DNA of 64,000 nucleotides from Eledone cirrhosa (Eukaryota): NCBI GenBank assembly GCA_964016885.1, contig OZ024754.1, positions 3,100,001 to 3,164,000 of the forward strand, read 5' to 3'. Shown piece by piece: positions 27,133 to 40,114 of this stretch (position 1 is its first letter; each line of letters starts with the position of its first letter). The notes under the pieces were generated by a model. It saw only the letters and a program-made list of their open reading frames with translations, ran no database searches and was not told where the DNA came from. The position numbers and the translations under genes were made by a program.

Positions 27133-29079
27133 AATATATTCATATATTCCTGCTGTTGGGTTTAAAAAAAACACTGTTGGAAACCAATGAAGAATTATGA
27201 TTATTTGATACAATTTTTATGCCATTTTATATATTGGTTCCTCATTCTGCCCCTTCTCAGAGTAATATAATAGTTTTATGATAAATATTTCAGGTTTACT
27301 GCAGATATAAATGTATGTTTAGCCAATGATATATATTCATTCACACATTTATATATCATTATGTTCATCCACACCTTGTTAACCTTGTCCTACTCCTACT
27401 ACTCCTCCTATCTTACTGGTATGGCACTAGATAAAGATATATATATATATATATGTGTGTATGTGTGTGTATGTATGTATATATATATATGTATGTATAT
27501 ATATATATATATGTGTATGTATGTATGTATGTATATATATATATGTGTGTGTGTATGTATATATATGTGTGTGTATGTATATATATATATGTGTATGTAT
27601 ATATATGTGTGTATGTATATATATGTGTGTATGTATATATATGTATGTATATATATATGTATGTATATATGTATGTATGTATATATATATATGTATGTAT
27701 GTATGTATGTATATATATATATATGTATGTATGTATATATATATATATGTATGTATGTATGTATATATATATGTGTATGTATATATATATATATATATGT
27801 GTATGTATATATATATATATATATGTGTATGTATGTATATATATGTGTATGTATGTATATATATGTGTATATATATATGTGTATGTATGTATATATTGTA
27901 TGTATATATGTGTATGTATGTATATATATGTGTATGTATATATGTGTATGTATGTATATATATGTGTATGTATATATGTGTGTATGTGTATATGTATATA
28001 TATATATATGTGTGTATGTATGTATGTATGTGTATATATATGTATTTTCTTTTTCTTTTTACCTTTTAGTTTAATGCATTCGTCTGAGTAATTTTATTTA
28101 AATTGTGTGTGTGAATGTATGTGTATATCTGTCTATCTGTATGTGTATATATGTCTATCTGTGTATGTTTATGTATGTCTATCTGTGTATGTTTATGTAT
28201 GTCTATCTGTGTATATATATATCTGTCTATCTGTGTATGTTTATGTATGTCTATCTGTGTATGTTTATGTATGTCTATGTGGATGCTGGATTTATTTCTG
28301 TATTTGAAGTAATATGACCTAAACCTTCAAAGCTGCATAGTTGTGGTTGAAAACTCACCTGCATAATGCATGTGACACCAATAGATTGCACAATATGCAG
28401 TTTCTAGAATAGAGTAGTAGAACAAGGAATAAACCTACAGGAATTAAGTAGAATCTCTGATATAAACCTTTTGAAAATATATAAACCTGTTAAAGATTGG
28501 GTGGCTAAAAACTGCTGATAGGTGTTATATCTGATTTCAAGAAAATATAAACAAAATTCTCTTTAATTAGAACTGTAATTAGTTCTTTAATTAACTCAAG
28601 TTTCTTCATATCTAAACATTATTATTATTATTATTGTTGTTATTATTAAGAGCATTTCTTCTTCTTCATTTCTGGCTGGAAAAAAAAAAGTTGCCCTTTT
28701 TTTTTGTTGTATTGTAGTTGTATTTTTATTTTATTTTTAACCAAGAGAAAACATGAAAGGCCTACTTAAAACACCTGGCATGGGTGTGACATCTTAGCCT
28801 CTATTCTCTAAATGTAAAAATGTGTTTATTCAAAGAATATTTTTCTTTTGAAGTTCACAGTTCTTACTTCTTTTTTAGTTATTTTTTTTTTCTTCTAGAA
28901 CTTACTCTATTCAGGGTTTAATTATTTGTTTTTCTTGACTACTATTAATAAAATAATGGTATTTCTAAACATTGGTTTGAACTAACTACACAACACTACA
29001 CCAATTAAAACAGATAAAGGCAATTAAATTAAGACTTTTTTGGGCAAGAAGTGCAGTGAAATTTCACTGTTGTGTTTCT

Positions 29080-29640
29080 TATATACATAACAGCTCTACT
29101 TAAGGATATATTAATATAAGCAATAATTTCCATAAAAGGTCTGCTTATAGATAACTTAATAATATTAGCTGTTATATCTATAATAAGTCTGTTTATGGAT
29201 AACTTAATATTTTTAGTTATTTTGTCTATAACAGCTCTACTTAAGGATAGCTTAATATGAGCAATAATTTCCATAATGGGTCTGCTTATGAATAACTTAA
29301 TGATATGAACAGTTTTATCTATAACTGTTCTGTTTATAGATAACTTAATAATATGAACAGATATATCTATAACAGTTCTGTTTATGGATAACTTTATATA
29401 AACAGTTACATCCATAATAGTTCTGCTCATAGATAACTTAATAATATGAACAGATGTATCTATAACAGTTCTGTTTATGGATAACTTTATATAAACAGTT
29501 ACATCCATAATAGTTCTGCTCATAGATAACTTAATAATATGAACAGATGTATCTATAACAGTTCACTTATGAATAACTTAATAATATGAACAGTTTTATC
29601 TATAACAGTTCTGTTTATGGATAACTTGATAATATGAGCA
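29080..29640. repeat. 45/48-bp minisatellite
   Basis: ataacttaataatatgaacagatgtatctataacagttctgtttatgg alternating with a 45-bp variant. Confidence 0.85.
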
Positions 29641-30204
29641 GTCTGACTGTTTCTGAATGATATATGTATATCATTTAGAAACTGTTATATGTATTACAGG
29701 TTGTATAATGTATTAAAAATAAAGCAATGAAGAAAACTACTTGAAGCTATAATTCTATATAACTTTATAGGGGTTTAGACTAAACCAAGTAACTAAAACA
29801 ACCTCTTAATTCATACAGAATTATTTTAACCAACCAAAACCAAAATTGTTTCCCTCCCTCTTTTTCCTTATTTATGTTTCCTCCTCTCATAAAATAATTC
29901 CTCTTGCTTATATCTGCTGCCCCCAACCCACCTACCCACCTCTCCCCCTTCTGGTTGCAATTCCTTATAATTTGTTTGTTGATGGCTTTAGTTATCCAAA
30001 ATAAACTCACACAAAGACCACTTTACTCTGTAAATCCCTGTCAGTGCCCTTATTTGTGGGTCCACAAAGCAGGTCCTAGCAAGTTATAATAATTTGGTTG
30101 TCACATCACTATGTGTCTGTGACAACTCCTATTTATTGTACAAAGCTGTCCGTAAATATTTGTGAAATCTAAGAAAAATTTTTATTTGTACAGTATATTT
30201 GAAG

Positions 30205-30210
30205 AATAAA
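30205..30210 (+). promoter_or_regulatory. Candidate distal polyadenylation signal of LRIG
   Basis: AATAAA preceded by U-rich sequence and TGTA elements (ttgtaca near 30137 and 30186). Several more proximal AATAAA sites also exist. Confidence 0.35.
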
Positions 30211-31550
30211 ACATTTGCAAAGTATCATTTCACTGAGCTTCACGTTTATTTCATCATTATCATCATTGTTTTTACGTCTGTTTTATCCATTGTAACTCTC
30301 TTCATCACCATGATTTCCACAACATTTTCAACAGCTTTGTTCTTGAGATATTCACACATCATTGCGTCTATTTCATCATTATGAATGTCTATGCACATAT
30401 GTTGTCTAATCCATGCAAGAACTGAAAAGCTGTTGTAAAAATTATTAAAAAAACCCATCAAAGTTTCGCTTACATGTTTTTATTAACACATTACATAGGT
30501 TTCATAGATCATTTGTTCAAGGTCACCTATGGAAGTTATAGACCTGACTCCAGCATTGATCTGTTACATAAGTTTCACAGATGGTTGGCTCAAGGTCACC
30601 AATGGAAAGTATGGACCTCAGTCTAGCATCGATCTATTTGTCAGACTTGGTGATTCAACAAAAAACTGTGTGTCTACAAATATATCTGCAGGTATTTAGC
30701 GGTATGTCAAAAAACAATGGTTACAGCTGAAGTATATTTGGCCATAGGTTTGTTTGATTATGACTGACCAGGTGTTAATGTTTTCATTGACCAGATGTTG
30801 TACAATGTTGTTAGACAATTCCTTGTGACTGAATATAAGGTAGAATAATTTGGTGTTGTTTAGTCTCATGTCAGGAATATATGAGATTTTGATATTTATT
30901 TGAGAACAATACCTTAACATCAATATGAGTGGCCAGTTACAGCCAGTTTGAACATAGAAAGGTGAGAGAATTCTGGCTGGATATGGCCGGTTTAAATGGT
31001 AAAGGGTTAATCTCAGTTTGAGTACTACTTGTGCAGACTTATTAAAAATACCAGTTTATTCTGTTAAGTGGTAGTGGTAGTGCCACGATAAAACACACCT
31101 AGTATATACCATGAAATGGTTGGCATTAGGAAAGCCACCTAGCTGTAGAAATCATACCAAAACTAGAACATATGAGCAAGATGCAGTGATACATCTGGTC
31201 TCAGAACTTGACAAATCGTCCAACTCATGAAGGCATGGAAAATACAGGGTGAGTCAAATAAAGCGACCATATATATGTATGAATGTTCTTATGAAAATTT
31301 ATAAAATAATGATTTCTACTATAGGCACAAGGCCAGCAATTTTGGGAGAGAGGGGGGGGGGTCGTCGATTAAATTGACCCCAGTGCATTACTGGTGCTTT
31401 ATTTTATTGACTGCGTAAGGGTGAAAGGCAAAGCTAACCTCTGAGGGATTTAAATTCAAAACATAAAAATCTGTAACTATGCTACAAAGCATGTTGTCCA
31501 GCGTTCTACCGACATTGCCAAAACCAGAACATACATCTATATCGGAGCTA

Positions 31551-31640
31551 CAGGGTGTACCCCCAAAATATATACACCATTCTAACAAATATTGCCTGTA
31601 CAAGTAATCAAAGTGTGTATACATTTTGGGGGACAACTTG
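31551..31640. mobile_element. Tc1/mariner MITE
   Basis: TA-CAGGGTGTACCCCCAAAATATATACAC ... GTGTATACATTTTGGGGGACAACTTG-TA. Confidence 0.7.
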
Positions 31641-33683
31641 TATATATGTGTGTGTGTATATATATATACATATTATATAGTGTGTGTGTATATATATATA
31701 GAGAGAGAGCGAGAGAGAGAAATTTACAAAATTATTTAAAATATCACACTCCAGAATATATATATGTGTGTGTATGTTTATTTAATATAAATGTAATAAC
31801 AATTCTTCTCGTTTAACCTTTCACCATCTACCAGTAGTTATTTACTGTCCTGCCAGCCTTCCATACTCCTTGTCCTGTTAATAGAAATAGTATTGTTCGT
31901 TCATGGAAAAATCAATATTTTGAATACTAAGCGCCACCTATCGGAATTAAAATCTAACTTTTTTTATTCTTATTCACGGTAAGTAACTCTAAATGACCTA
32001 ATTCGAATCAAGGGAGATAACCACTTGTTGATAACATTTTCTTTTTAATATACGACGATACCTCGTGATAAACATATCATCAGGACTTAAATTTATGGGG
32101 AAATTTTAAAAATTAGTGTTAGTGCTGATGGAAGATTATGATCTTCAAGCGTTTGCCGTTTATCGAATGTTTTCGATGTCTTAAGCGACGTGGTTTTAAA
32201 GGAATAGAAATGAGATTAATATGATGCTTCTTCGAAAAAACTACGCCGTATTTTGGTATTTATTTCAGTTAACCAGTATTGTTTACTTTTGACTTGACAT
32301 AAGCGACTTAAAATCTGTAAACGGTGTTAGTTATAAATATGGAGTGTGAGACTTATTTGTATTTTTACAACGGTATATTTAGCAACATAAGGGAAGTGAA
32401 ATAAATCCAGTCGTGTCCAAGGTTAGATTAACTAAGGGGATCCTTCTCGCTTTCTCTCTTTCTACCTTAAGTAAAACAACCCAGAAACTTCTTTTTCTCT
32501 CTTTCTTCCTTCAGTGCAACACCCTCGAAGCTTCTCCTTCTCTCAGCTATCTCCTATGTACAGGGTGGTCCGAAAGTCTTGTGACACCACATATTGTTTT
32601 AACTTCCATTATTTTTGTTTTAATTATAATGATATTATATATTATATTATTAAAAGAAAAAATAATTGTTTCTACTTTAGGCACAAGGCCAGCAAATACC
32701 TAGTGCATTACTGGTACTTTATTTTATCGATTAAAAGAAAAAATAATTGTTTCTACTTTAGGCACAAGGCCAGCAATTACCTAGTACATTACTGGTACTT
32801 TATTTTATCGATTAAAAGAAAAAATAATTGTTTCTACTTTAGGTACAAGGCCAGCAATTACTTAGTGCATTACTGGTACTTTATTTTATCGATTAAAAAA
32901 AAAATAATTGTTTCTACTTTAGGCACAAGGCCAGCAATTACTTAGTACATTACTGGTACTTTATTTAATCGATCCCGTAAGGATGAAAAGCAAAGTTAAC
33001 CTCGACGAGATTTGAACTCAGACCTTAAAGGGACGTAACTATGCTGGAAAGCATGGCGTCCGACCTTATACCGATACTGCCAATGACCTTAGGTTAGGTT
33101 AAGAAATCATAATTTGTTATCTGTAAGGTATGGTAGATTGCTATCCTCCCCAGAGGTACGTATAAAAATGTCTTTTATCAATGAACATTACGTCTAGTAA
33201 CCTGTTAACGAAACATTCTCTTTTATATCAAGTCTTGGACGTGTTCTGGTTGTGTAATATTTCGTTGATGATGTCGTCAAACATTACAAAACAAAAATAT
33301 CGGAATTAGAAGCTTGGTTCTTCTTGTTCATATGCCTCAGTTTATTACTGGTACTGATAGTTTTTCAACAACACACGATAAAACATCGACAAAAAATTCA
33401 CCAACACTTCAACCAGCCACATAACCATAAAAATAACGACCATAGACCACCGAAACAAAATTTCTGTTAAAGATATTTAACATGGCGGCAATATTTTCTA
33501 TCGCTGCGTCAAGAACCTAATAGACCTTCGAGACTTATTTATTTAACTGGGTGGCTTGAAGGATGCCAACCAGAGATCCTTCGAATATTGAATTATTGAA
33601 GATAGGGAACAAACACTGATAGACATATAAAATGTATTTAATTTCCATACAATATATTCGAAACTATTTCATTCCTGTATAAA

Positions 33684-33869
33684 TTACTTTTTACTTTTGC
33701 TGTTGGCACGGATTATATTCTGAATCCATGGAACAAAGGTTTTGATATTTGTGTAGATGCTAGGGAAACCATATCTATGACAGGAACGGTCGCCCCAAGA
33801 TGTCACTCCAGCCACAACAAATTTACCGTCAGATTTTCGTACACAAGACAATGGCCCACCGGAATCACC
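33684..33869 (-). CDS. Serine protease A exon 6 (catalytic Ser); joined CDS 972 nt, 323 aa, S1A family
   Basis: ttccag|GDSGGPLSC..VAGVTSWG..FPSIYT..PWI, ending in TAA. Confidence 0.95.
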   Translation of the reverse strand, partial: GDSGGPLSCVRKSDGKFVVAGVTSWGDRSCHRYGFPSIYTNIKTFVPWIQNIIRANSKSKK

Positions 33870-34838
33870 CTGGAATATAAACAATCGTAGTTATTATTCT
33901 TTTAAAGAGATACAATTCATAGTAAGTTTATCATATCTTCCACTTTATATGTGTGTATGTATTTATTATTCATTCAGCCAGCCACACGTAAGTTCTGATG
34001 GAGTCTAAGTGGGACTGTCATCATGACAAACGGCATTTTAAATCTGGCGGAGCTAATTACCCCCCCCCCCCCTGATGGCTTCCAGAGAGATAGATAGATA
34101 GAGAGGGGAGAGAGAGAAGAGGGAAATGACAAAGAGATATACGTAGAGAAGTCGACCGTAGTACTGAAATAACACATTTTATTTTATCGACCGCGAAAGG
34201 ATAAACGGCATAGTTGATCTTGGTAGGATTTGAACTCAGAGTGCAGAGAACCGGAATGAATACCACAACACGCATTCTACCCAACGTTCTAACGACTCTG
34301 ACAATTCTCTGACTCAATCATTGTTTCTACTTTTGGCACAAGGCCAGCAATTACCCAGTACATTACTGGTACTTTATTTTATCGACCCCCGTAAGGTTGA
34401 AAGGCAAAGTTAACCTCGACGAGATTTGAACTCAGACCGTAAAGGGACGTAACTATGCTGGAAAGCATGGCGCCCGACCTTATACCGATACTGCCAATGA
34501 CGTTAGGTTAGGTTAAGCAATCATAACTTGTTACCTGTAAGGTATGGTAGACTGCTATCCTCCCCAGAGGTACGTATAAAGTGATTTGTATTAAACTAAA
34601 TCCTTTTAAGTTCTGTGTTCCCCCCTCCCCAAATTTGAAATATTATGTTTGTATTTTATTGACCTCGAATGAATTAAAATCCAAGTTGACTCCAGCGTGA
34701 TTTGAATTCAGAATGTAAAGAATGTAAAGAACCAGAACAAAGATTACAAAACATTTTGTCTGAAACTCTAACAATTCTGTCAAACCACGGACTTAATTCA
34801 TAAATTGATAATAAAAATGGGTTGGTTTGAATACTCAC

Positions 34839-34975
34839 CGAACAGGCACCTGTAGTGCCAAAATTAACACAGATGTGAAGAGGGGCACGAATCTTTCCGT
34901 TCCAAAGATTCTGACAAAAATTTGGATTCAAAAGTGTCACGTTCAAATCCCTGAGTCGTCGGTTACTTCCGGTTC
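34839..34975 (-). CDS. Serine protease A exon 5
   Basis: ttcag| and |gtgagt, phase 1-0. TGSNRRLRDLNVTLLNPNFCQNLW..HICVNFGTTGACS. Confidence 0.92.
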
Positions 34976-35452
34976 CTGAAAATGGTGAAATATTTTTTTT
35001 TTTAAATAAAATAATTTATTTTACTTATAATTAATTAATTAACAATTATATAACTAGTAAAGAAAACAACTCCCTTTGGTGATCACCACAATCAGAACAA
35101 CAACCACTACCACAGCCATAACAACCACTACCATCACCGCAACCAAAACAACCTCTACTACAACCACTTCCACAACCAAACCAACTACTACTACCATAAC
35201 AACTATAGTATGGACTAACTATTACTACCGCCACATTATTACTACTACTACTATAACCACTACTATTACTACTACTATAACCACTACTATTACTACAACC
35301 ACTACTACTACCACAACTACTACCACTACTACAGCCCCTACTACCACAACCACTGCTACTACTACAACCACTACTACCACAACCACTACTACTACAGTCA
35401 AAATCTTTCTGGAAACAATGAAAAAACAAAACAAATGTGAAGGATGTCTTAC

Positions 35453-35618
35453 CTCTTGTAGCACCCCAACCACTAATCCAACATTGTTCGTTGGTATAAC
35501 TCTCAGATTGAGAAGGAAGACAGATAGATCGGACATAATCTGTGTATTTGATCGGGCTTGTTAACTGAGCCAAGGCAACATCATAGGGATAATTTCCACC
35601 AGGTTTGAAATAGGGGTG
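35453..35618 (-). CDS. Serine protease A exon 4 (catalytic Asp)
   Basis: HPYF..YDVALAQL..VRSICLP..CWISGWGAT. Phase 0-1, donor G|gtaaga. Confidence 0.95.
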
Positions 35619-36003
35619 CTTTTGTTTCGGGTTGAATAGAGCCAAGAAGTTTGGTACGAACGAATAAACGAACGAAAGAATAAAGAAAACAAATGATATA
35701 GAATTAAAGAATAGAAGTTAAGGAATGTTGGTTGCATTCAAGAATCAGTAAAAGAGATTGCACATTAATAAAATTGTTAATAATAGGCAGAAAATACAAA
35801 ATAAAATAGAAAGGTGTATGTGTGTGTATATATACACACACACACACATGCCAACACAAGAGCAGGAATGACGGAGTCATTCTACTGACATGGCTTTAAA
35901 GAGGTTGTTTGCATAATTGCAAACGAATCGAATATCATTATTAATGTTCGAAAAACTCACATTACATTTATTGTATTCAGCCATGTAGAGCGATAACTAT
36001 TTG

Positions 36004-36041
<38 letters not shown>

Positions 36042-36380
36042 CTTTTTATGCTCTACATTACGCCCGTTTTTTTTTCACTTCATAAACCTTGTTTGTAAAT
36101 AACATTATTCTTTCTGCACCTTCTCTTTAACATGTGCGACACCACACTAATACATTTCACTATCATTTGATAATGCATAAAAATGCTGAAACTGGTAATA
36201 GACAATTATTAAATATATAAATGGATAAATAAATGCCATTATTAAATAATAAATAAATCAACTAATACCTTAACACTTCACACAAAGTAAAACATTTCGT
36301 TTTAATCATTTTCTAACCCAGAAAAAAGAGAAGGGAAAAAAATATATTTTTCTTCTTAATAATCGTCTCTTTCTCCGTTT

Positions 36381-36416
<36 letters not shown>

Positions 36417-36420
<4 letters not shown>

Positions 36421-36648
36421 ATAGAGAAATTAATGTGAGCAAGAAGCCAACAGTATTTCATAATATATAAGTGACTATAGCGTCAAGATGGAAAATATTT
36501 AACGTAAGATATGAGGGAAAAAAAAAATATATATATATATATTTTTTTTTTCCCTCATATCTTACGTTAAATATTTTCCATCTTGACGCTATAGTCACTT
36601 ATATATTATGAAATACTGTTGGCTTCTTGCTCACATTAATTTCTCTAT

Positions 36649-36652
<4 letters not shown>
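36417..36652. repeat. Apparently perfect 236-bp palindrome in intron 3 of protease A
   Basis: Arms read as exact reverse complements around an (AT)n centre, with (TA)n flanks. Confidence 0.9.
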
Positions 36653-36684
<32 letters not shown>

Positions 36685-36967
36685 TTACATGTGTGTGTGT
36701 AAAACATCTGCGGTAGATGTTTTATACGCAAAAACAGTAGTTGTGAGATTAAAAACGAAGCCACAAGGTCATAAAGCGAAGTCCTTAACCGTACAACAGA
36801 CCTGCCAACCTCTAAAGAGCCAAACGTAGATTACCATGAAAAAGAGTGCCCAATAATGGGGAGAAATGAGCCAAAACGGGGAGTTCTCGCAGTTGAGCGG
36901 GGAGAGTTGACAGGTCTGACGCAACCATGTGTACCTGGGCCTATACAATACATGCCAATAAACTTAC

Positions 36968-37064
36968 AACAAAAGTTCTTAAAATTGAACGATATTGTTC
37001 ATGGCCAGATCTCCAACCTCTGTCATATTCTCCAAAAACTGCGGTGAACTCACGTGCTGCCGAC
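36968..37064 (-). CDS. Serine protease A exon 3
   Basis: ttccag| and |gtaagt, 97 nt, phase 2-0. SAAREFTAVFGEYDRGWRSGHEQYRSILRTFV fits the S1 VxxGxxD..EQ segment. Confidence 0.9.
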
Positions 37065-37155
37065 CTGGAAGAAAAGAAAAATATTGAGTGAAAATAAAAT
37101 CTGTTCTCGACACTTTCATCTATCGAACCCACACGTCAAATTCCTTTTATTACAT

Positions 37156-37189
<34 letters not shown>

Positions 37190-37680
37190 TATGGTCCTGT
37201 AACTCCCGATAGAGTCGTAGGGGCGCCGTATTGACATACGGTGGTTCTTGGGCATTTTAAGCCTGGCGGAGCCCATCCCTCTCCAGGCCTGACCTGTGAG
37301 CAAATGGGGTCCGACGCGCTGGTCACCCCGTCAACCATATTTACTTGGCCAGTCTGAGAGGACATACAGTCTATGGACTTTTTGTCGTTTCCTCCTTAGA
37401 CTAAAATATTGGTTTCTTATATAGGCACCAGGTCAGCAATTTTGGAGGAGGGGAAAGTCGATTAAATCAACTCCAGTGCATTACTGGTACTATATTTTAT
37501 CGACCCTGTAAGGATGAAAGGCAAAGTTAACCCCGGCGGGATTTGAAATCATACATCAAATGCCATAACTCGGTTGCAAAGCATGGCGTCCGACCCTCCA
37601 CTGATACTGTCGATCCACCGCCCTCTCCTTAAACTAAAATATTAAAATTAGTTTAGTTTCTATATTCTTCTTTAACTCAC

Positions 37681-37846
37681 TTGTAGAGACAGTGAGCAGC
37701 TGTTAGTATCCAGTTTTGGTTAATAACCACTGCTCCACAGATATGGACTGGACCTTTCATCTGTAAAGATACCTGCCATGGCCATTTTCCCTCAGCTGAT
37801 GTTGAACCTCCAACAATGTTCCTCGTGGGGCGGATGCCACAACCAT
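37681..37846 (-). CDS. Serine protease A exon 2 (activation site, catalytic His)
   Basis: DGCGIRPTRN-IVGG..WPWQVSL..CGAVVINQNWILTAAHC. Acceptor tttatag|, donor AA|gtgagt, phase 1-2. Confidence 0.95.
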
Positions 37847-39894
37847 CTATAAAATTCAACATTGATAAATTGATTTCTAATTTTAAACACTGTTGTATTA
37901 ATATTACAAATATTTAATTTCACTCGCGAAATTGGCTTAGAAAAACATTGATAATTACATAAATATGGAATAGAAAGATAAAAAACGAAATTAAGTAATA
38001 AGGAAAAGAGGAAGGGGTAAAGAAGGGCAGATCTGGCTGTAGGGGGTAGTAAAGGAAATGGGTAAAGAAGGGAAGATCTGGCTGTATGGAGAAGAAGACT
38101 ATAAATGCCATAAATGTGATGAAAAGGAAGGAAAAAGCAGGACACTTGGGCCATATAAGGGAGGAGAAGAGGAGAGGATGATGGGCTCTGCGCCCCGCCG
38201 ATAAAACTGCAAAAGACCAGACCAGAAAATCGAGATGGAGGTGGGGTTTATCAACCTCAATACTTAACGGCTATTTTAGTTCATCGACCCTGGGAAGATG
38301 AAAATGTGAAGTTGACCTCAGCGGGATTAGAACTCAGAATGTAAAGAACTGTGACAGATACTACGTTAGCAATATATCCAACGCTAAAGCAACCGATCCA
38401 CCACCTTAAAGTTAAAGCTAACATCTACATTCATAGATTGTGTATGTTTTAAAAAAATAGACTTGTAATAACTACATCGGTTGTATATTTAGCTTCAAAA
38501 GATAACAATGTTTGGATTAGCTTCTACCGTATGTATGTACTTAGAACAATGTTGTTGTATGACATGCTGAAGTAATTCACGGCGTGTTTTGGACATTTAA
38601 AGCAAAGTAGAGTTTATTCCTCTCCAGCTTAGAACATAGCTGATTTCTTCCAGAGAGAGAGATACGGACCCCAGAAGAATCGACTCCGATTCTGAACTGG
38701 CACTTTTTTTTTTATATCGACCACGAATGGAGGAGTTGACTTCGGCGGGATTTGAACTCAGAACGAATACCGCGAAGCATTGTGTCCGACGTTTTAACGA
38801 CTTTTTTCGAAACACTGTTATAGCAACATATATTTGGTGAATATTTCGTTGACAACTCGATAAAGTGGGTAACTCAGAGATCAAGGAGTTACTCCAGGTA
38901 GAGCCGCTACTTCTTCGAATTAAGGTTCTACATATCCAATAAAAGTGTGAAGGCGCGTGGCTGAGTGGTTAGAGAATTGGATCCGCAATGGTGAGGTTGT
39001 CATTTCGGTTCCTAGACTCGGCGATGCGTTATGTCCTTGAGCAAGACACTTTATTTCACGTTGTTCCTTCTGCCTGGAGTTGCGACCGATAGATAGTATT
39101 AGCAATTGGAAAGACCAATGGAAACATTGTTTCCTCGGTCCGATTCGATGAGTTCCACCCTAGATAAGGTCTGGGATCTTATTGATCGTCTATCGACATC
39201 CAATAATGGAAGGAAAGGATGTTGCAACAGAAGTGCGCTGTGTCCTTGAGCAAGGCACTTTATTTCATGTAGCTCCAGTTCACTCAGCTGGAAAGAAAAT
39301 GAGTTGTACCTGTAATTCAAAGAGCCAGCCTTGTCACACACGCAGTGTCATGCTGTATCTCCCTGAGAACTACGTTAAGGGTATACTTAACTACTTTGCC
39401 GTGGCTTCACCAGACATAATCATATGATGTTTGAGTGTAAGCAAACTCACTCTTTCTCTCCTCTCTCTTTCACTCAGTCTGTCTCTCACTCACTCTCACA
39501 GTCCCTCTCTCTTCTCTTAATTTTCTCCTCTCTCTATTTTCTCTCTCTCTTTCTCATTCATACATCCTTTCTTCTCTCAACTTTCTCTCCTCTCTCTCTT
39601 CTCTCAATTTCCTCTCCCCTCTTTCTTTTCTATTTCTTTCACCTCTCTCTCTATTTTTCTCTCTTTCTCACTCACACTCTCTCTTCTCTCAATTTCCTCT
39701 CCTCTCTCTCTTTTCTATTTCTTTCACCTCTCTCTCTCTATTTTTCTCTCTTTCTTACTCACACTCTCTCTTCTCTCACTCTCCTCTCCCCTCTCTTTCT
39801 CACTCACACTCTCTCTCCTCTCACTGTCCTCTCTCTCCTCTCACTCTCTCGAACATTCCTTCCATACGTCACACCTTAATAACTGTCAACTTAC

Positions 39895-40114
39895 CTTGTA
39901 TAGTATGTTGGTTATATCGTAGACACTGTATTCTGTTGTGACCCCATCGATTGTGACAGTAACGATATACTTGGCACTGTCCTCTCCTTGTAGAATCCGT
40001 ACGACAGACGTAACAGCCATAACTATAACGACAAACTTGGCGAGCTTCGATTCGACCTATGGTCATCAGATTTACGACAAAGACCAACAAACTCAACAGA
40101 TGTATAAGATCCAT
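39895..40114 (-). CDS. Serine protease A exon 1: signal peptide plus six-Cys cationic domain
   Basis: ATG at 40114, hydrophobic MDLIHLLSLLVFVVNLMTIGRIEA, donor G|gtaagt in phase 1 matching the next exon. Confidence 0.85.

Noticed and set aside
29029-29523. 164-aa repeat protein ORF on the - strand
   Set aside because: Arises from a 45/48-bp minisatellite whose units are multiples of three. No other gene features support it.
35046-35452. Cys/Gly/Ser-rich extension of the protease exon 4 ORF
   Set aside because: It lies beyond the gtaaga donor at 35452 and is intronic (ACT/ACC)n repeat.
36160-36202. Further hammerhead-like strings (here, and near 55835, 58552 and 63385)
   Set aside because: The core or stem I is too degenerate to call by eye. 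They may be relics, but a covariance search is needed.
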